Part shown: positions 13,501-26,103 of the stretch, piece by piece
Layout of the letters: every line of letters starts with the position of its first letter
Position numbering within the stretch: the first letter of the stretch is position 1
Assembly (NCBI RefSeq): GCF_001447785.1
Contig: NW_015174931.1
Location: 50,280 to 114,279, forward strand
DNA: 64,000 nt
Source: Gekko japonicus
Taxonomy: Eukaryota
Direction of reading: 5' to 3'
The notes under the pieces: model-generated
The model's input: the letters and a program-made list of their open reading frames with translations, nothing else
What the model was told of the DNA's origin: nothing
The model's database searches: none
Position numbers and translations under genes: made by a program

Positions 13501-13867
13501 CTGGAACAGCTTCAGATGTTGCACAGTCATGCTATCCTTTGGCAAGACTGCTGCATCATGCTAACTTTATTCCAGTATAAATGTATCACAGGGCAAAGGG
13601 TATGATTGGGAAGCTCTCCTAGTTTCCCATTACACTTAGCAACCAAACTGGATCTCATTGTTGTGTCTGTCTTCATGAGTTGCAACATAATAGATTCTGT
13701 GAGAAGGGATATCCATATGTAATAGAGTCCCGATAGGCATGAGAGGGACCAACTTTGGTTGAAACTTCTGAGTAACTACTATGATGACGACGATGACAAA
13801 GATGTCAAGTTATTATATAGTAGAATATCATATCCATAGAAAGTGCCAGCTGTGACAAAGTTGGGTC

Positions 13868-14060
13868 TAGGGATGCCAACTGCCAGGTGGGGCCTGGAGA
13901 TCTCCTGGAATTCCAACTAATCCCCGGACTACAGAGATCAGTTCTTCTGAAGAAAATAAATGCTTTGGAGGATGGACTCTAACCCTTCCCCAAATCCCAC
14001 CCTCCCCATATTCCACCCCAAAATCTCCAGGAATTTCCCAACCCACAGCTGGTAAACCTA
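13868..14060. mobile_element. hAT-type MITE, tagggttgcc family
   Basis: Homologous to TSD-bounded copy 42421-42639. Confidence 0.65.
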
Positions 14061-14407
14061 AATTGATCTCTCCAGTTAAAAGAAAGCAAATATCTTGCAA
14101 CAATTTTTTTTCCTTGGGAAGTGTCACATCATGAAATGTTCACTCCACTTGAAGGAATCTTATTTAGTACTTATAGGCACAAAACTGGCTTAGGGAGCAG
14201 TTTTAAACAGCTTTCCTTAAAAGTAAATTCCTTTTTGTTCAGTGGGTCTTACTCCCGGGAAAGTGTCTTTAGGATTGTAGCCTCAGGCCCTGCATATTTG
14301 AAGAGCCAGCTTCTCCTGTAGGGTTACCCATTTCCCTTGCAATCTGCTGAGAAAGGTGTCCTAGAGGTTCTTAACCAAGGATATACAGGCCTGTATCCTA
14401 CCATTAT

Positions 14408-14756
14408 GGAGCTGCGGTGGCTCAAGTGGTTAAGACGCTGAACTGCAGGCTGTGGAAGGTCAGTAGTTCTGCAGTTCAAGACCCGGGTGCCGCATGACGG
14501 AGTGAGCTCCCGCCTCTAGTTCCAGCTCCTGCCAACCTAGCAGTTCGAAAGCAAGAAATTGCAAGTAGATAAATAGGTACCACTTCAGTGGGAAGGTAAC
14601 AGCATTCCGTGCGCCTTGGTGTTCAGTCATGCCGGCCACATGACCACGGAAACGTCTTCGGACAGCGCTGGCTTTTCGGCTTGGAAACGGAGATGAGCAC
14701 CGCAACCCTAGAGTCGGACTCGACTGGCTTTCGAGCAAGGGAACCTTTACCTTTTT
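14408..14756 (+). mobile_element. Sauria SINE, full length
   Basis: tRNA-like head, gccaacctagcagttcgaaagca core, (accttt) tail; TSD tatcctaccatt at 14394-14405 and 14757-14768. Confidence 0.9.
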
Positions 14757-14956
14757 TATCCTACCATTCTTGTCAGCAAAGGCTCCCATCAGAGGCCAGT
14801 GGTGGGGGAACTTGGCAACCCCACGCCTGCCTGAGGAGTCTTCCTCAGACATAAATGGTTCTTTCAGACTCCTAGATGAGGGCTCAAATGTTGTTGAGTG
14901 GAGTGGTAGGATACATGCCATCAAATGCTACCTGGTTAAGTATGTAACACATCAAA

Positions 14957-15230
14957 GGCTGCGATCATACGTACCAGAAGCTGCGACAGACATGCAATTC
15001 CCCCGTGGATTAAAGGGACGCAATCAGACGGACACATCTGTCCTGCATCCCAGAGTCATCTTTGGGGCGTCTCGTTGCGCTGCAGGAGCATCGTAAAAAG
15101 CCATTGGGGAAACGTCAGTATCATCTGGAATTGGGGGGGGGGAGTCTGATCGCGCAAGCGTGCATCAGTTCGCCCCGGGGCAAACAGCCTCGCTTCCTGC
15201 CCGCATTTCCTCACTGGTGTGACCGCAGCC
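14957..15230. mobile_element. PIF/Harbinger-type MITE
   Basis: TIR ggctgcgatcatac / rc ggctgcggtcacac (12/14); TSD aaa. Confidence 0.75.
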
Positions 15231-18200
15231 AAAGTCTTGGAGACTTTTGGTCTCTCTTTAGAACAATGCCCCATTCCACCATTCTGCTGTTTATATTTAT
15301 TTAGAAAATGTCAATGCTGTATCTCCTACAAACCTGCTGAAAGCAGCTTACAAAAGTTTGTAGCACTGGATCTATGGGCTGTGGTTCACAAAGCCAATGC
15401 CATAATACATGCGTTAATCTTTAAGGTGTCAAGAGACTGTCATATCAGGGTATAGACTTCCTTCCTGTTCTGTCTAAATACAAAACCATTTTTTGTATGT
15501 GTTTGATTACTTTTAGTGACTTGTGGAAAAAAGATGTTTAATTCCAATATTTAGTTATCTCCTTATTCTGGTATTATTGTGAAATTTGATTATATGTGTT
15601 GGTGCATGGTGTTTATTTTATGTGTAGTTATATTGTTTTGTTCCTTGCATACTACCTTGCAAGAATGGATCAGCCAGGACATTTCAATAAGAAGCTCTGT
15701 ATTAAAGTCTGTCCCAAACAGTCCATCCCATTAGCCCATATTTCAGTCACTCTGCATAGTGACCAAAAAGAGGACAGCAAAGCAGATGAAGAGCTGAAGC
15801 TACACTTATAGGTGCACACTCAGATCTTAATAGCTGAAGAGGAAACAGGATTTTCCTGCACCTTGGCAGTAACTTTCAATGCATCTCTATCCCCCCCCCC
15901 CCTCGTACAGGTAAATAGTTGCAGTTCATTCCCATGAAGACAGTAAAGTGCAGCATTTGGTGGCTATGTTGCAGTGAGGTTTTGATGGTCATACCATCAG
16001 TAATAGGAAAACTATGGGAGAGAAGCAATATCCTTACTTAAAGTCTTCTCCATTGGAAACAGTATCTTTACAAACTCCACTTCTCAAGACACCAGGAACT
16101 GGCTTAGACTGGGGAAGCAGGGATATTATTGCATTCTGTAGTGTCTGACTAGGCAATGATCCAGCCATACAAGGTCTTCCTCTGTTTTTACAAGAGGAAA
16201 TTATTCCTTACTTTCTCTCATGGTCAGTTTGGAGTAACAAAGGGCCGAGTCAAATTTCAAAAACAGCCCTGACTCCCAACCCACCCCAGCTGCATCTGTA
16301 GCAATGGTCCCAATAGATGGCACACTTCCTCATTAGCCCATTCATCACAGAAGCCGTTGCCACTGGTAACAGGCCAAGGAAGGTCAGGCCATCTTGTGCA
16401 CTTAGGGAGTGGGTATGGGGAATGGGGTAGGAATGAGGAAAAGGGTGGAAAATGGCATATAAATTCCAAAACCAAACAATAATTCCAAATTTTAAAAAAT
16501 CCTCTACTTCACGACAATCTTAATAAGCCTTTAGCTGTTTTCTGTTTCTTTCTTTGTTTTACAGTAATGCCCTATTGCTTCTTTCCCTTCATGTGCATTC
16601 CATTATTTTAAATGCATGCACAAGGGACAAAAAATGTGGGGTAATATGTGTTGAATAGAAATAGACACCCTACCATGTGCATTAAGGCACTGGGAGTCAG
16701 GCAGCAAGAGACTATGGAGAAATGGAAGTTTAATTTCAAAACGATATCCACTCTTGTGCTCCCTCCCTGTCCAAGTTTTAAAAGCAACAGTGAGCGTTTC
16801 CTTAGATCACATTACTGGATAAGCATACAGCTTAATGAAATCCAGTGCAAGTTGGGGGATAAAGCAACACAGGCCAGACATCGCTGTTCCATCAGCTTCC
16901 TTTTATGGGGCACTCTTCCCCCACCCCTGTCCCATAACTTCTCAAGCCTATAAGCTTTTCAAGGCAGGGACTTTTTCCCCTCTATGTTGCTCAAGTGACA
17001 CCATACAGAAAGCTGGGCTGATAAGTGGGAGGCAGCTTCAGTAGTTAAGAGATACCTGGCCAGGCATTCTAGAATGTGGAACCTTCTTTTTAAAAGAGGA
17101 AAGCAAATGGCTGGAATTGGAGGGGGGGTATATATACATATATTTTAACAAGCTTCAGAACAGTTTCTGCTCAGTGTATTTGAGCCCCAGGAGGCTCTGT
17201 GCAGCCAAACAGTCATTATGTCTAGAACAAATGGGGAGGGGGGGGAGAATATAATATCACAGCCATCATTTTTAACCTCTAGCTAACCTTATGGTCAACA
17301 AGAGTCCCTTTGGGCCCATGCTAGAAGGAGCTATTTTCGAGATTCTCTTAGGAATAAGCAAAACCCACAATCACACACAGGCTAGGTTCTTACCATACTG
17401 GAAACTAAGGCTGTCTCAGTTCTGCCTGGTCATATGGTCCTTCATCAACCCCACACTGGAGGCTGGGTGGTGTTGGCTATCATGCTTTGAGAACCTTTCC
17501 CCTTTTGCAGAGTCCCAGTATGAACTCTTTCTGGCATTGATTGTCTGTTCCTTATGTTAGATCCCAAGAAGAGATTGGGTATTCTCCATATTTACCAACC
17601 ACAAAGCTGGGTATAATATCTAACTAGGCAGAGGTAGTCTTGGAATTGATGCTGCAGACCCCTAGACTGATTGTTCTGAGAGATTTCAACATTCGTGCCA
17701 ACAGCACCTTGTCTAGACCAGCCCAGGATCTTATGTCCTCTCTAACCATTAGGGTCTCTTTCAGGTTCAATGGTCCCCCATGCTTAACAAAGGATATATG
17801 TTAATTTTTTTGCACTTAGTCTTTGGGGGAAGGTCTGGCTTGGAGCTGGAGGTTCACCCTTGTGTTGTGGTCTGACCACTGCCTCCTCAAGGCAGGGGTC
17901 TGTTTGGCACTAATAGGGTAGCCAGGCATAGCCTGGTAAACAGCAGGAGATGGGAGACATGGGAATTTAGTGGGGGGGCACAATTGGTATCTGCGCACAA
18001 TGATGCATCTTCCAGCACAACCCAGAAGTGACATAATTGTGCCAGTGGTGATTTTCTAGCACTCACTATGGTTTCCATAGAGTTTTGGGATGAGTGCTAG
18101 AGCATCATCCACAACATGATGACATCACTTCTGGTCGCACCGGAAGTTGCGTCACCACATGGGGAGAACAAGCACGTCCCCCACATTTGCTGGCCAGTTT

Positions 18201-18279
18201 CCTCCCATTACCTAGCTGAGCAGTGGTCACAAGCAGGCAAATGGGAACCCTAGGCAACAATGCGCAGCAGGGGTGAAGG

Positions 18280-19965
18280 GTGGTTTAAATGATCTGCACA
18301 CAGAGATATATGGATCTGACTGATTTCTGGAATGTCCTGGGGGATTTTAGAATCCCATACAACAGGTATGTTGAGACAGTGGTGGGAGCCTGGAATGAGA
18401 AACTACTAGAAGCTATTGATGTGGTTGCCCTCCATTGACTTTTCCCATCCTTGAGGCAGAATCTGACACCTTGGTTTACTACAGAGTTGGGTGACCTAAA
18501 GAAGACCAAAAGATATCTAGAAAAGTTTTGACAGGAAACTCTAATTGAATAAGAAAGACAGAAGTATAGAGCTCATGAAAAGACAGGAGAGCCGCAGGAG
18601 AGCAGCAAGGAAAGTATACTTCTCTGCATCAGCTTATTTGTGCCCAGCTCTGTTGTTTAATGTATTTTGACACTTGTTGACTCCAAAATCTGAGTTTCTA
18701 AATTTTAAGGATCTAATGATTAATTGTGACACTTTTACAAAAATTTTGACTGAAAAACTCTCTCAAATTCACTCCAGTCTGGATGCTGGTTGTAATATTG
18801 TTCAGACAAAAGAAATGTCTAGTGCATTGTCTGGTCCATTTATGGAACATTTTGACCCAGTTACTGAAATAGATGTTGACAGGATCTTGGGATCTGTGAA
18901 AGCTACCACTTCTGCTCTGGAAGGATCCTTGTCCACCCTGAATGCTGAAATCATAAGGAATCATGTTAACAAGTCCTTGATGTCCATCATTAATCAATCA
19001 CTGACTCAGGGGTGCCTTCACTCAAAGAGGTGGTTATCCATCTCTTATTTAAAGAGCCACCCTTTACTACAGAATTATTATTTTTGCCTGGTCTTTAATT
19101 TGCACTTTCTGGGACAGTGATAGAGAATGGTTGAAGAGCAACTCTAGGTTTTCCTGGATGGTTAATTTGCTCTATACCCCCCTTTCAATCTCATTTCAGA
19201 ACATGCTATGGGTAGAAGACAACACTGGATGATATCTCCATTTGATTGTAGACAAGGGCTATGTTTCTTTGTTGCTCTTACTGAATTTATCAGAAGCCTT
19301 TGACACTGTTGGTGGTGCAATCTTATCGAGGCATTTAGGGGGAGAAACAGGAATTAATGGAAGTGCTTTGGACTAGTTTAAATTGTTACTTATGGACTGG
19401 ACTCAGAGCTCTCAGTTTTTACCAGTTGTCATCAGTGTGGGACTTGTCCCATTGTCAGGTTTCACCTGGAATCAACGGAGTCAATTTCCATAGAAAAGGT
19501 TACTTTATTGAAGCCATGGATCACTGAACAGGTCTCTGATTGGAATAACATAATGCGGAAGCACAAGCAACATAAAGGGAAATCAAAATCACTTTTAACC
19601 AATGATAAACATGGGGGGGGGGGTATTGGACATAGGAGACTCATATATACACTGAAAGACATTCATTGGCAGCTGGACTTGTCCCATGGAATTCCACAGG
19701 ACTCAGTCTTATCTCTGTGATGTTTAATCCCTATGTAAAGCCTTTGGGAGAAATAATTTGTAGTTTTGCTGCTAACACCCCATCTGTGTTTCTTTATCCA
19801 AATCCCCCAATGATGTGCTAGAGGGCCTGATCCACTGCCTGACTGTTGTGGTTAAATGGTTAAGAGTGAAAAAAATTAAAACTGAATCCTGATGGAGATG
19901 ATGTTGGGTGGGAAGACTGAGGGCTTGAAGGACATTGCACTTCCCACATTTTAAGGGATCCTGCT
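18280..19965 (+). mobile_element. Degraded L2 LINE ORF2 (RT region)
   Basis: Remnants LLNLSEAFDTV, HGIPQDSVLS and WLRVKKIK; many stops and frameshifts. Confidence 0.75.
19453..19674 (-). mobile_element. Partial LTR-like insert within L2
   Basis: Minus strand has CCAAT, TATA-like, AATAAA and ends ...ctgaca; flanked by 13-bp direct repeat ggacttgtcccat. Confidence 0.45.
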
Positions 19966-20067
19966 GAGCAAATCCTTCTGAGGGTGCCACCCTACAAACA
20001 ACAGGTAAAATCAGGCACTGTTTCTACATAGTCTCAGAGGATACCTGTACTGGTCTGCAGTAGAACT

Positions 20068-20407
20068 AGAACATAAGAGATGCCAATGTTGGATCAGGCC
20101 AAAGGCCCATCCAGTCCAACACTCTGTATCACACAGTGGCCAGAAATACCAGTGCCATCAGGAGGTCCACCAGTGGGGCCAGGACATTAGAAGCCATCCC
20201 ACTGTTGACCCCCCCAAGCACCAAGATGACAGAGCATCACTTGCCCCAGAGTCCCTATCTATACCTTGTGGCTAATAGCCACTGATGGACCTCTGCTCCA
20301 TATGCTTATCTAATTCCCTTTTGAAGCCGTCCATGCTTGTAGCCACCACCACTTCCTGTGGCAGTGAATTCCAAGTGTTAATCACTCTTTGGGTGAAGAA
20401 GGACGTC
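20068..20407 (-). mobile_element. CR1 LINE 3' end
   Basis: Minus strand encodes FFTQRVINTWNSLPQEVV (CR1 ORF2 end), then 3'UTR and tail similar to the 6434 copy. Confidence 0.85.
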
Positions 20408-22911
20408 CTAAGAATCAAGGATACACTTAATTTCATAATGTTCCTGACCATCTAATAAGATAGGCATGGGTGGCGTTTGATCCCCGTGCCATTCACAAGA
20501 TCCATTGTCCTTTTTCAGAAGGCTGAAATGAAACACAGAATGTAGTGACCGTAAATTCTTAGGCAATTCAACATCAACAGCCACATCATTGATAATTTTA
20601 CGAACTTTAAAAGGACCAATAAATTTCCAACCCAACTTCCTGCTTGGCCTTAACATTTCGATATTTTTTGTAGACACATACACCGAGTCACCAGGCCGTA
20701 GAGCCCAACCCACCACCCTACCTCTATCAGCCTGTTTTTTGTAAGCTGCTTTAGCAGCATCCAGAGTTTTACAGGGATTAGGCCATGCATCCTGAAGTTG
20801 TTGACACCATACAGTTGCATCACCCCCTCCCTCCAATTGTCCCCCGTCAAGAAAAGGCATGGGAGGGCTATCATAACCATACAAAGCTTTAAATGGAGAC
20901 ATTCCAATAGATGCATGATCAGAATTATTGTAACAATATTCAGCCAGGGGTAATAATTCACACCAATCGTCCTGTTGATAGTTTGTAAAGCATCTCAGAT
21001 ATTGTTCTAGAGTTTGGTTAACCCTTTCAGTTTGTCCATCAGTTTCTGGGTGGTAAACACTACTTAGTCCACGTTCCACCCCCAACAGAGTCATTAGTTC
21101 AGTCCAGAACTTGGAAACAAATTGGGTACCTCTGTCGGATACCACCTTTTTTAGCAACATATGTAGTCTCACCACCTGTGACACGAATGCCCTCGCCAAC
21201 AGTTTGGCGGTGGGAATGGAGGCGAACGGGACGAAATGGGCTTGTTTTGAGAACAGATCCACCACCACCCAAATAACCGTTTTTCCTTTGCTGGGTGGTA
21301 GGTCTGTAATAAAATCCATAGACACGACTTCCCATGGCCAGTTGGGAGTTGGGAGAGGTTTTAGCAATCCAGGGGTTCCCCCGGTTTACTCATTGCACAG
21401 GTTTGACATGTTTGCACAAACTTCAACATGTCTTTGCGCATGCGTGGCCACCAAAATTGTCTTTGTAACAACTGGAGGGATTTGAGAAATCCAAAGTGTC
21501 CCGCAAGTTTGGACCCATGGGCTGCCTGCATGACCTCCCCTCGCAGGAAAATCGGAACGTACAGTCTCCCATCCTTGTACCAGCAACCATTCTGTCCTTG
21601 CTGGCAGTCACCTTCCCCCACCACCTCCTCGCTATCCTCCTCATTGAAATGCGAGAGGAACTGCGTCTCCCATGGGGACGGGGGGGCGGCTGGATGGGTA
21701 GGAGAGTGCGAGGCAGGAAGTTTTGCCGCTTGACTGCGAGTTAGTACTGCCCCCCCAAGTGGGTGGGTGTGAAAACCGAGTCCAGAATGACGTCTCATTG
21801 ACTGGCGTGTTGGGGAAGGCATGACAACCCATCGGCTAGGGAATTTGCCGTCCCAGGGAAATGGTGGAGAGTGAACTGGAACTTAGAGAAGAAATCAGCC
21901 CAGCGCAGCTGTTTGGCATTCAGGCTGCGTGGCGTTTTTAGCGTTTCTACGTTCTTGTGGTTAGTCCACACCTCAAACGGCACCCTGGCCCCTTCCAGCC
22001 AATGTCTCCACGTCGACAGCGTCAGCTTAATCGCGGCCGCTTCCTTCTCCCACACAGACCAATGTCTTTCAGAATCCGTGAACTTTTTAGAAACATAGGC
22101 TAGCGGATGAAGAAGCCCATCATCCCCTTCCTGCAAAATGGCTCCCCCCATCGCTACGTCCGACGCATCAGTTTGCACAATAAACTTTTTTGTTTCATCT
22201 GGGTGAGCCAACACTGGCTCAGAAGTGAAGAGGCGTTCAAGCCCTCGAACGCTTCCTGGCATTCAGCTGACCACTGCAACTTAGCTCCCGGCTTAGTGGC
22301 ATCTGGACCCTTCCCCTTGGTTTTCAATAAATCAGTTAGGGGGAGGCTAATTTGTGCAAAGTTCTTTAGGAAGGTTCTGTAAAAATTGGAGAATCCGAGG
22401 AATGATTGTAGTTGCCTCCGGGTTCGGGGCGCCTCCCACCCCACCACATCCCGGACTTTCCCCGGGTCCATCTCCAGCCCCCGTTCGGATATCCTATACC
22501 CCAAAAAGTCAATGTAGCAATGTGAGTCTTGTGAAATTCAAACTTGGACAACTTAGCAAACAGTTTGTGCTTGTGCAACGTCTTTAAAACCTCTCTCACC
22601 AGTGTCACGTGGGAGGGGAGATCGGGGGAGTAGATAAGGATATCATCTAAATACACAAGGACCCCCTTGAAGAGGTGTTTATGTAGGACCTCGTTTATTA
22701 AGTTCATGAACACCCCCGGAGCGCCCTGAAGGCCGAAGGGCATCACCAGGTACTCAAACTGCCCCAGCGGCGTGTTGAACACTGTTTTCGATTCATCCCC
22801 CTCTTTTATGCGCACTCTGAAATAAGCATCTCTCAAATCCAGTTTGGAGAAGATTTTTCCTTTAGCCGCCTCCGCCAGTAAGTCTTTGATCAGCGGCATC
22901 GGGTAATCCAT
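20408..22911 (-). mobile_element. pol: Ty3/Gypsy (chromovirus-type) pol fragment: RT-RNaseH-integrase-chromodomain start; frameshifted, no LTRs
   Basis: RT (KLDLRDAY, MPFGL, YLDD), RNase H (TDASDVAMG), HHCC (HGSKLAGH..CQTC), DDE (SMDFITDLP, SDRGTQF, TERVN), GPF, chromo start YEIKCILDS; five overlapping ORFs imply about four frameshifts. Confidence 0.95.
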
Positions 22912-23184
22912 CTATCCACCCAATGTACTTGGAAGAAAAAAATATTTTTAAAAGAGAGGATATGTTTGGCTCTCTTAATCTTGCTGGGGGGGTAGGGTGG
23001 AAGAGGAAGTTGCATGTCTTGTTTTTGTAGGGTTCAAGTCTACAATTCACAGAAATTGCTGGTGAATCAAAACCACAATTACTAGGAAATGGTGCTTAAA
23101 CATATAAATGCAATCCAGTTAACACAAATCCAGTCCAATTAACACAAACACACCCAGCTTCATGAGTAAGAGGGAGCAAAACAG

Positions 23185-24257
23185 GAAAGGCATGGATCAC
23201 TGTGGCCAATTCATGCTTTTTGAGGAAGGCCCATGGCCAGTTTGGTGTAGTGGTTGAGTGCATGGACTCTAATCTGGGACAACCGGGTTTGATTCCCCAC
23301 TCCTCCACTTGTAGCTGCTGGATGACCTTGGGCAAGCCATAGTTCTGTCAGAGCTGTTCTTGAAAGAGCAGTTTCTGTCAGAGCTCTCCCAGCCCCGCCT
23401 ACCTCACAGGGTGTCTGTTGTGGGGAGGGGAAGGGAAAGGAGTTTGTAAGCCGCTCTGAGACTCCTTCAGGTAGTGAAGGGTGTGGTATAAATCCAATCT
23501 CCTCCTCCTCCTCCTCCTCCTTCTGATATTTCAGTCAAAGCTGACTGAAGGTGCTACATGCCACAGAGGAGACCTAAGCCTCCAACCATAGGCCTCCAGC
23601 AAAACTGTGCTTTTAAGGGGACTACAACCCCCTCCAGTAAAGGCTGACCCTTCAGTTGCTTTGTGATTGATCAACAGTATCTCAGTCTTGCATGGGTTGA
23701 GCTTTAGTTTATTGGCCCTCATCCTTCCCATTACCTTCTCCAAATATTTGTTCACAATTTCTACAGACCCACCTGACCCAGCTATTAGGATGTATTAGAG
23801 CTGGATGTCATCTGCGTATTGGTAACACCTCACTCCAAATCCCCTAATACTCTCTGCCATCAGTTTCATGTAGATGTTAAATAGCAAGGAGGACAAGATA
23901 GATTCCTGTGAGACCCCATAGCATACATGTCATTGAGGTGGTCACCAGTCCCCCAGTACCACCCCATCTGCCCTCACCAGAAGGATACCACTGCTGATGC
24001 TATTTAAAACCACTGACAGGTCCAGGAGAATCAAGAGGGAAACACTCCCCCCGTCACTCTCCCAGCATAGACAGTCAGGGCAACCAAGGCTATGTCTGTC
24101 CCAAACTCAGGCCCCAATCCTGACTGAAATGGGTGTAGTTAATTTGTCCCCTCCAGGACTGTCTGAACCTGAATAGTCAAACATCTTGCCCCAAAATGGA
24201 AAGCTGGCCATGGGGCAATAGTTTTTTAGGTTATTGGGGTCCAGGAGTGCCTTCTTC
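23185..24257 (-). mobile_element. L2 LINE RT fragment interrupted by a SINE
   Basis: MRANKLKLNPCKTEIL; QYADDIQL motif on minus strand near 23800-23822. Confidence 0.8.
23236..23522 (+). mobile_element. tRNA-derived SINE (Squam3-like) with (tcc)n tail
   Basis: gccagtttggtgtagtggtt head, L2-like tail; highly similar to 24848-25170. Confidence 0.8.
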
Positions 24258-24277
24258 AGGAGACGTTTTTCAGAAGT

Positions 24278-25241
24278 CCCATCCAAAGAAGAAATAATCT
24301 ATAAATTATTGGAAATGTGGAAATGGATACTCTGCGATTACAAGATAAAAAAGATGGAAACTCTACAATTACAAGATAAAAAAGAAGACATTTTTGAGAA
24401 GAACCGGTCAAGACTTTGATCAAGGACTATCTCACAAAATGTGTAACATAATATTTAAAACATAAGCTCTACTTGCTAAAATGTTAAACTGATCTAGGTG
24501 CATAACTCTGACCGCCTGAGCGCCAGAAGAAAAAAACATCCAACCAGCCAGTAGACCGCCGGGAATGGAGCCAAGCCGGACCAAAAGAGACATCAGCCTT
24601 CACCTGGGTGCCGGTAGGCAGTCCCACCCCCAAGAACAATGTGGCCTAAGTTAGGGTATAAAAGTGATTAGCACCTCTCCCATGTAAACCGCCCAGAGAC
24701 CCCTACGGGGGTTAGGGCGGTATATCAAATCGAAGGAATAAATAAATAAATAAATAACAGAATGATTCTATCTATGCAAAATTTAAGTAGGTACAATTAG
24801 TACAGACTCCATATTTGTTGTATGTTAGTCTTTCTAGTCTTTCCTGAGAGCCAGTTTGGTGTAGTGGTTAAATGCGCAGACTCTAATCTGAGAAAACCGG
24901 GATTGATTCCCCACTCCTCCACTTGCACCTGCTGGATGACCTTGGGCAAGCCATAGTTCTAGCACAGCTGTTCTTGAAAAAGAGCAGTTTGTGTCAGAGC
25001 TCTCTCAGCCCCACCTACCTCACAGGGTGTCTGTTGTGGGGAGGAGGAGGAAAGGAGTTTGTAAGCCGCTCTGATACTCTGAGTGAAGGGCGGGGTATAA
25101 ATCCAATCTCTTCTTCTTCTTCTTCTTCTTCTTCTTCTTCTTCTTCTTCTTCTTCTTCTTCTTCTTCTTTCTCTCTTCGTAGTTGCTGTCTTATTTTCTT
25201 TTACTTTTGAAAAACTAATAAAACTCTTTTAACAAAAAAAA
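24278..25241 (+). mobile_element. 5'-truncated L1-like 3' end with nested inserts
   Basis: aataaa plus poly(A) at ~25217-25242; imperfect TSD aggagacgtttttcagaagt / aggaaacgtttttcaaagt; nested L2-tailed piece ~24505-24757. Confidence 0.55.
24848..25170 (+). mobile_element. tRNA-derived SINE (Squam3-like) with (tct)n tail
   Basis: Same family as 23236; long TCT microsatellite tail. Confidence 0.8.
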
Positions 25242-25691
25242 AAGGAAACGTTTTTCAAAGTACCTGGATCTACATCCTCCTTGACCCAGTCAACCAAATG
25301 AGCCTGGCTTTACACCAACAGCCATGAAGGGCAAGAGCTGAGTCTAGACATGGTGGACTGCACATTTCTAAGCAGCTTGCCCACTTCATCAGGCCTCACC
25401 GAATGAAATTCATTCATGCAGGTAGGACCAGACAGTGCTCCAACAGCATCCTGAGCTTTAGCTCAACCAGTCATGGGAACTACGTCGCAGTAGCTGCAAG
25501 TGATTTTGTCTGCAAAATGCACAGCAAAAGAGTCACAGGAAGTCAGCATGTTTACAAGGCCAATCTCCTCAGGGGCCTGAGACAAGAGTTCCTTCACCAT
25601 CCCTGAGAGATTTGCTGGAGGCACTGCATGGATGCGATGGTGGTGGAGAAGTGAGCTTGCTTCACTGCCATTACCACTGCAGAGTAGGCAC

Positions 25692-26103
25692 CAGGGGTCA
25701 TTTCCTGCAGGAGCGCACAGGAGCAGAGCTCCGGCAGTAAAGAGCCCAGGGGCAGGCACATGCAACCAGCCCCGCCCCCTGCTCCCAGCAGCCCTCAGTC
25801 AGAGCAAGAAGAAGCCAGGTAAGTTGCAGAAACACACACACCCCGGTCCAAAACAGTCCAGAGGCACCTTTAAGACCAAGTTTTATTCAGGTACAAGCTC
25901 TCCCTCCTCTGCGAGGACAGATCTGCACGTTGCCCCCCTCCCAATAGCTAGCAATCCAAAACAGTCCAGTGGCACCTGAGCAGTGGGTGTTGCCTTCTGA
26001 CACACTTCCAGTGATGTCAGGGGGTGTGGCATATGCAAATAAGCTATGCTAATGAGTTGTGCTAATGAGCTCCTGCACCTCTTTTTCTACGAAATGACCC
26101 CTG
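25692..26103. mobile_element. hAT-type MITE
   Basis: TIR caggggtcatttc / gaaatgacccctg; perfect 8-bp TSD gtaggcac. Confidence 0.85.

Noticed and set aside
20408-21367. Integrase ORF as a domesticated host gene
   Set aside because: Part of a frameshifted pol; its stop arises at the CR1 junction; no promoter or splice evidence
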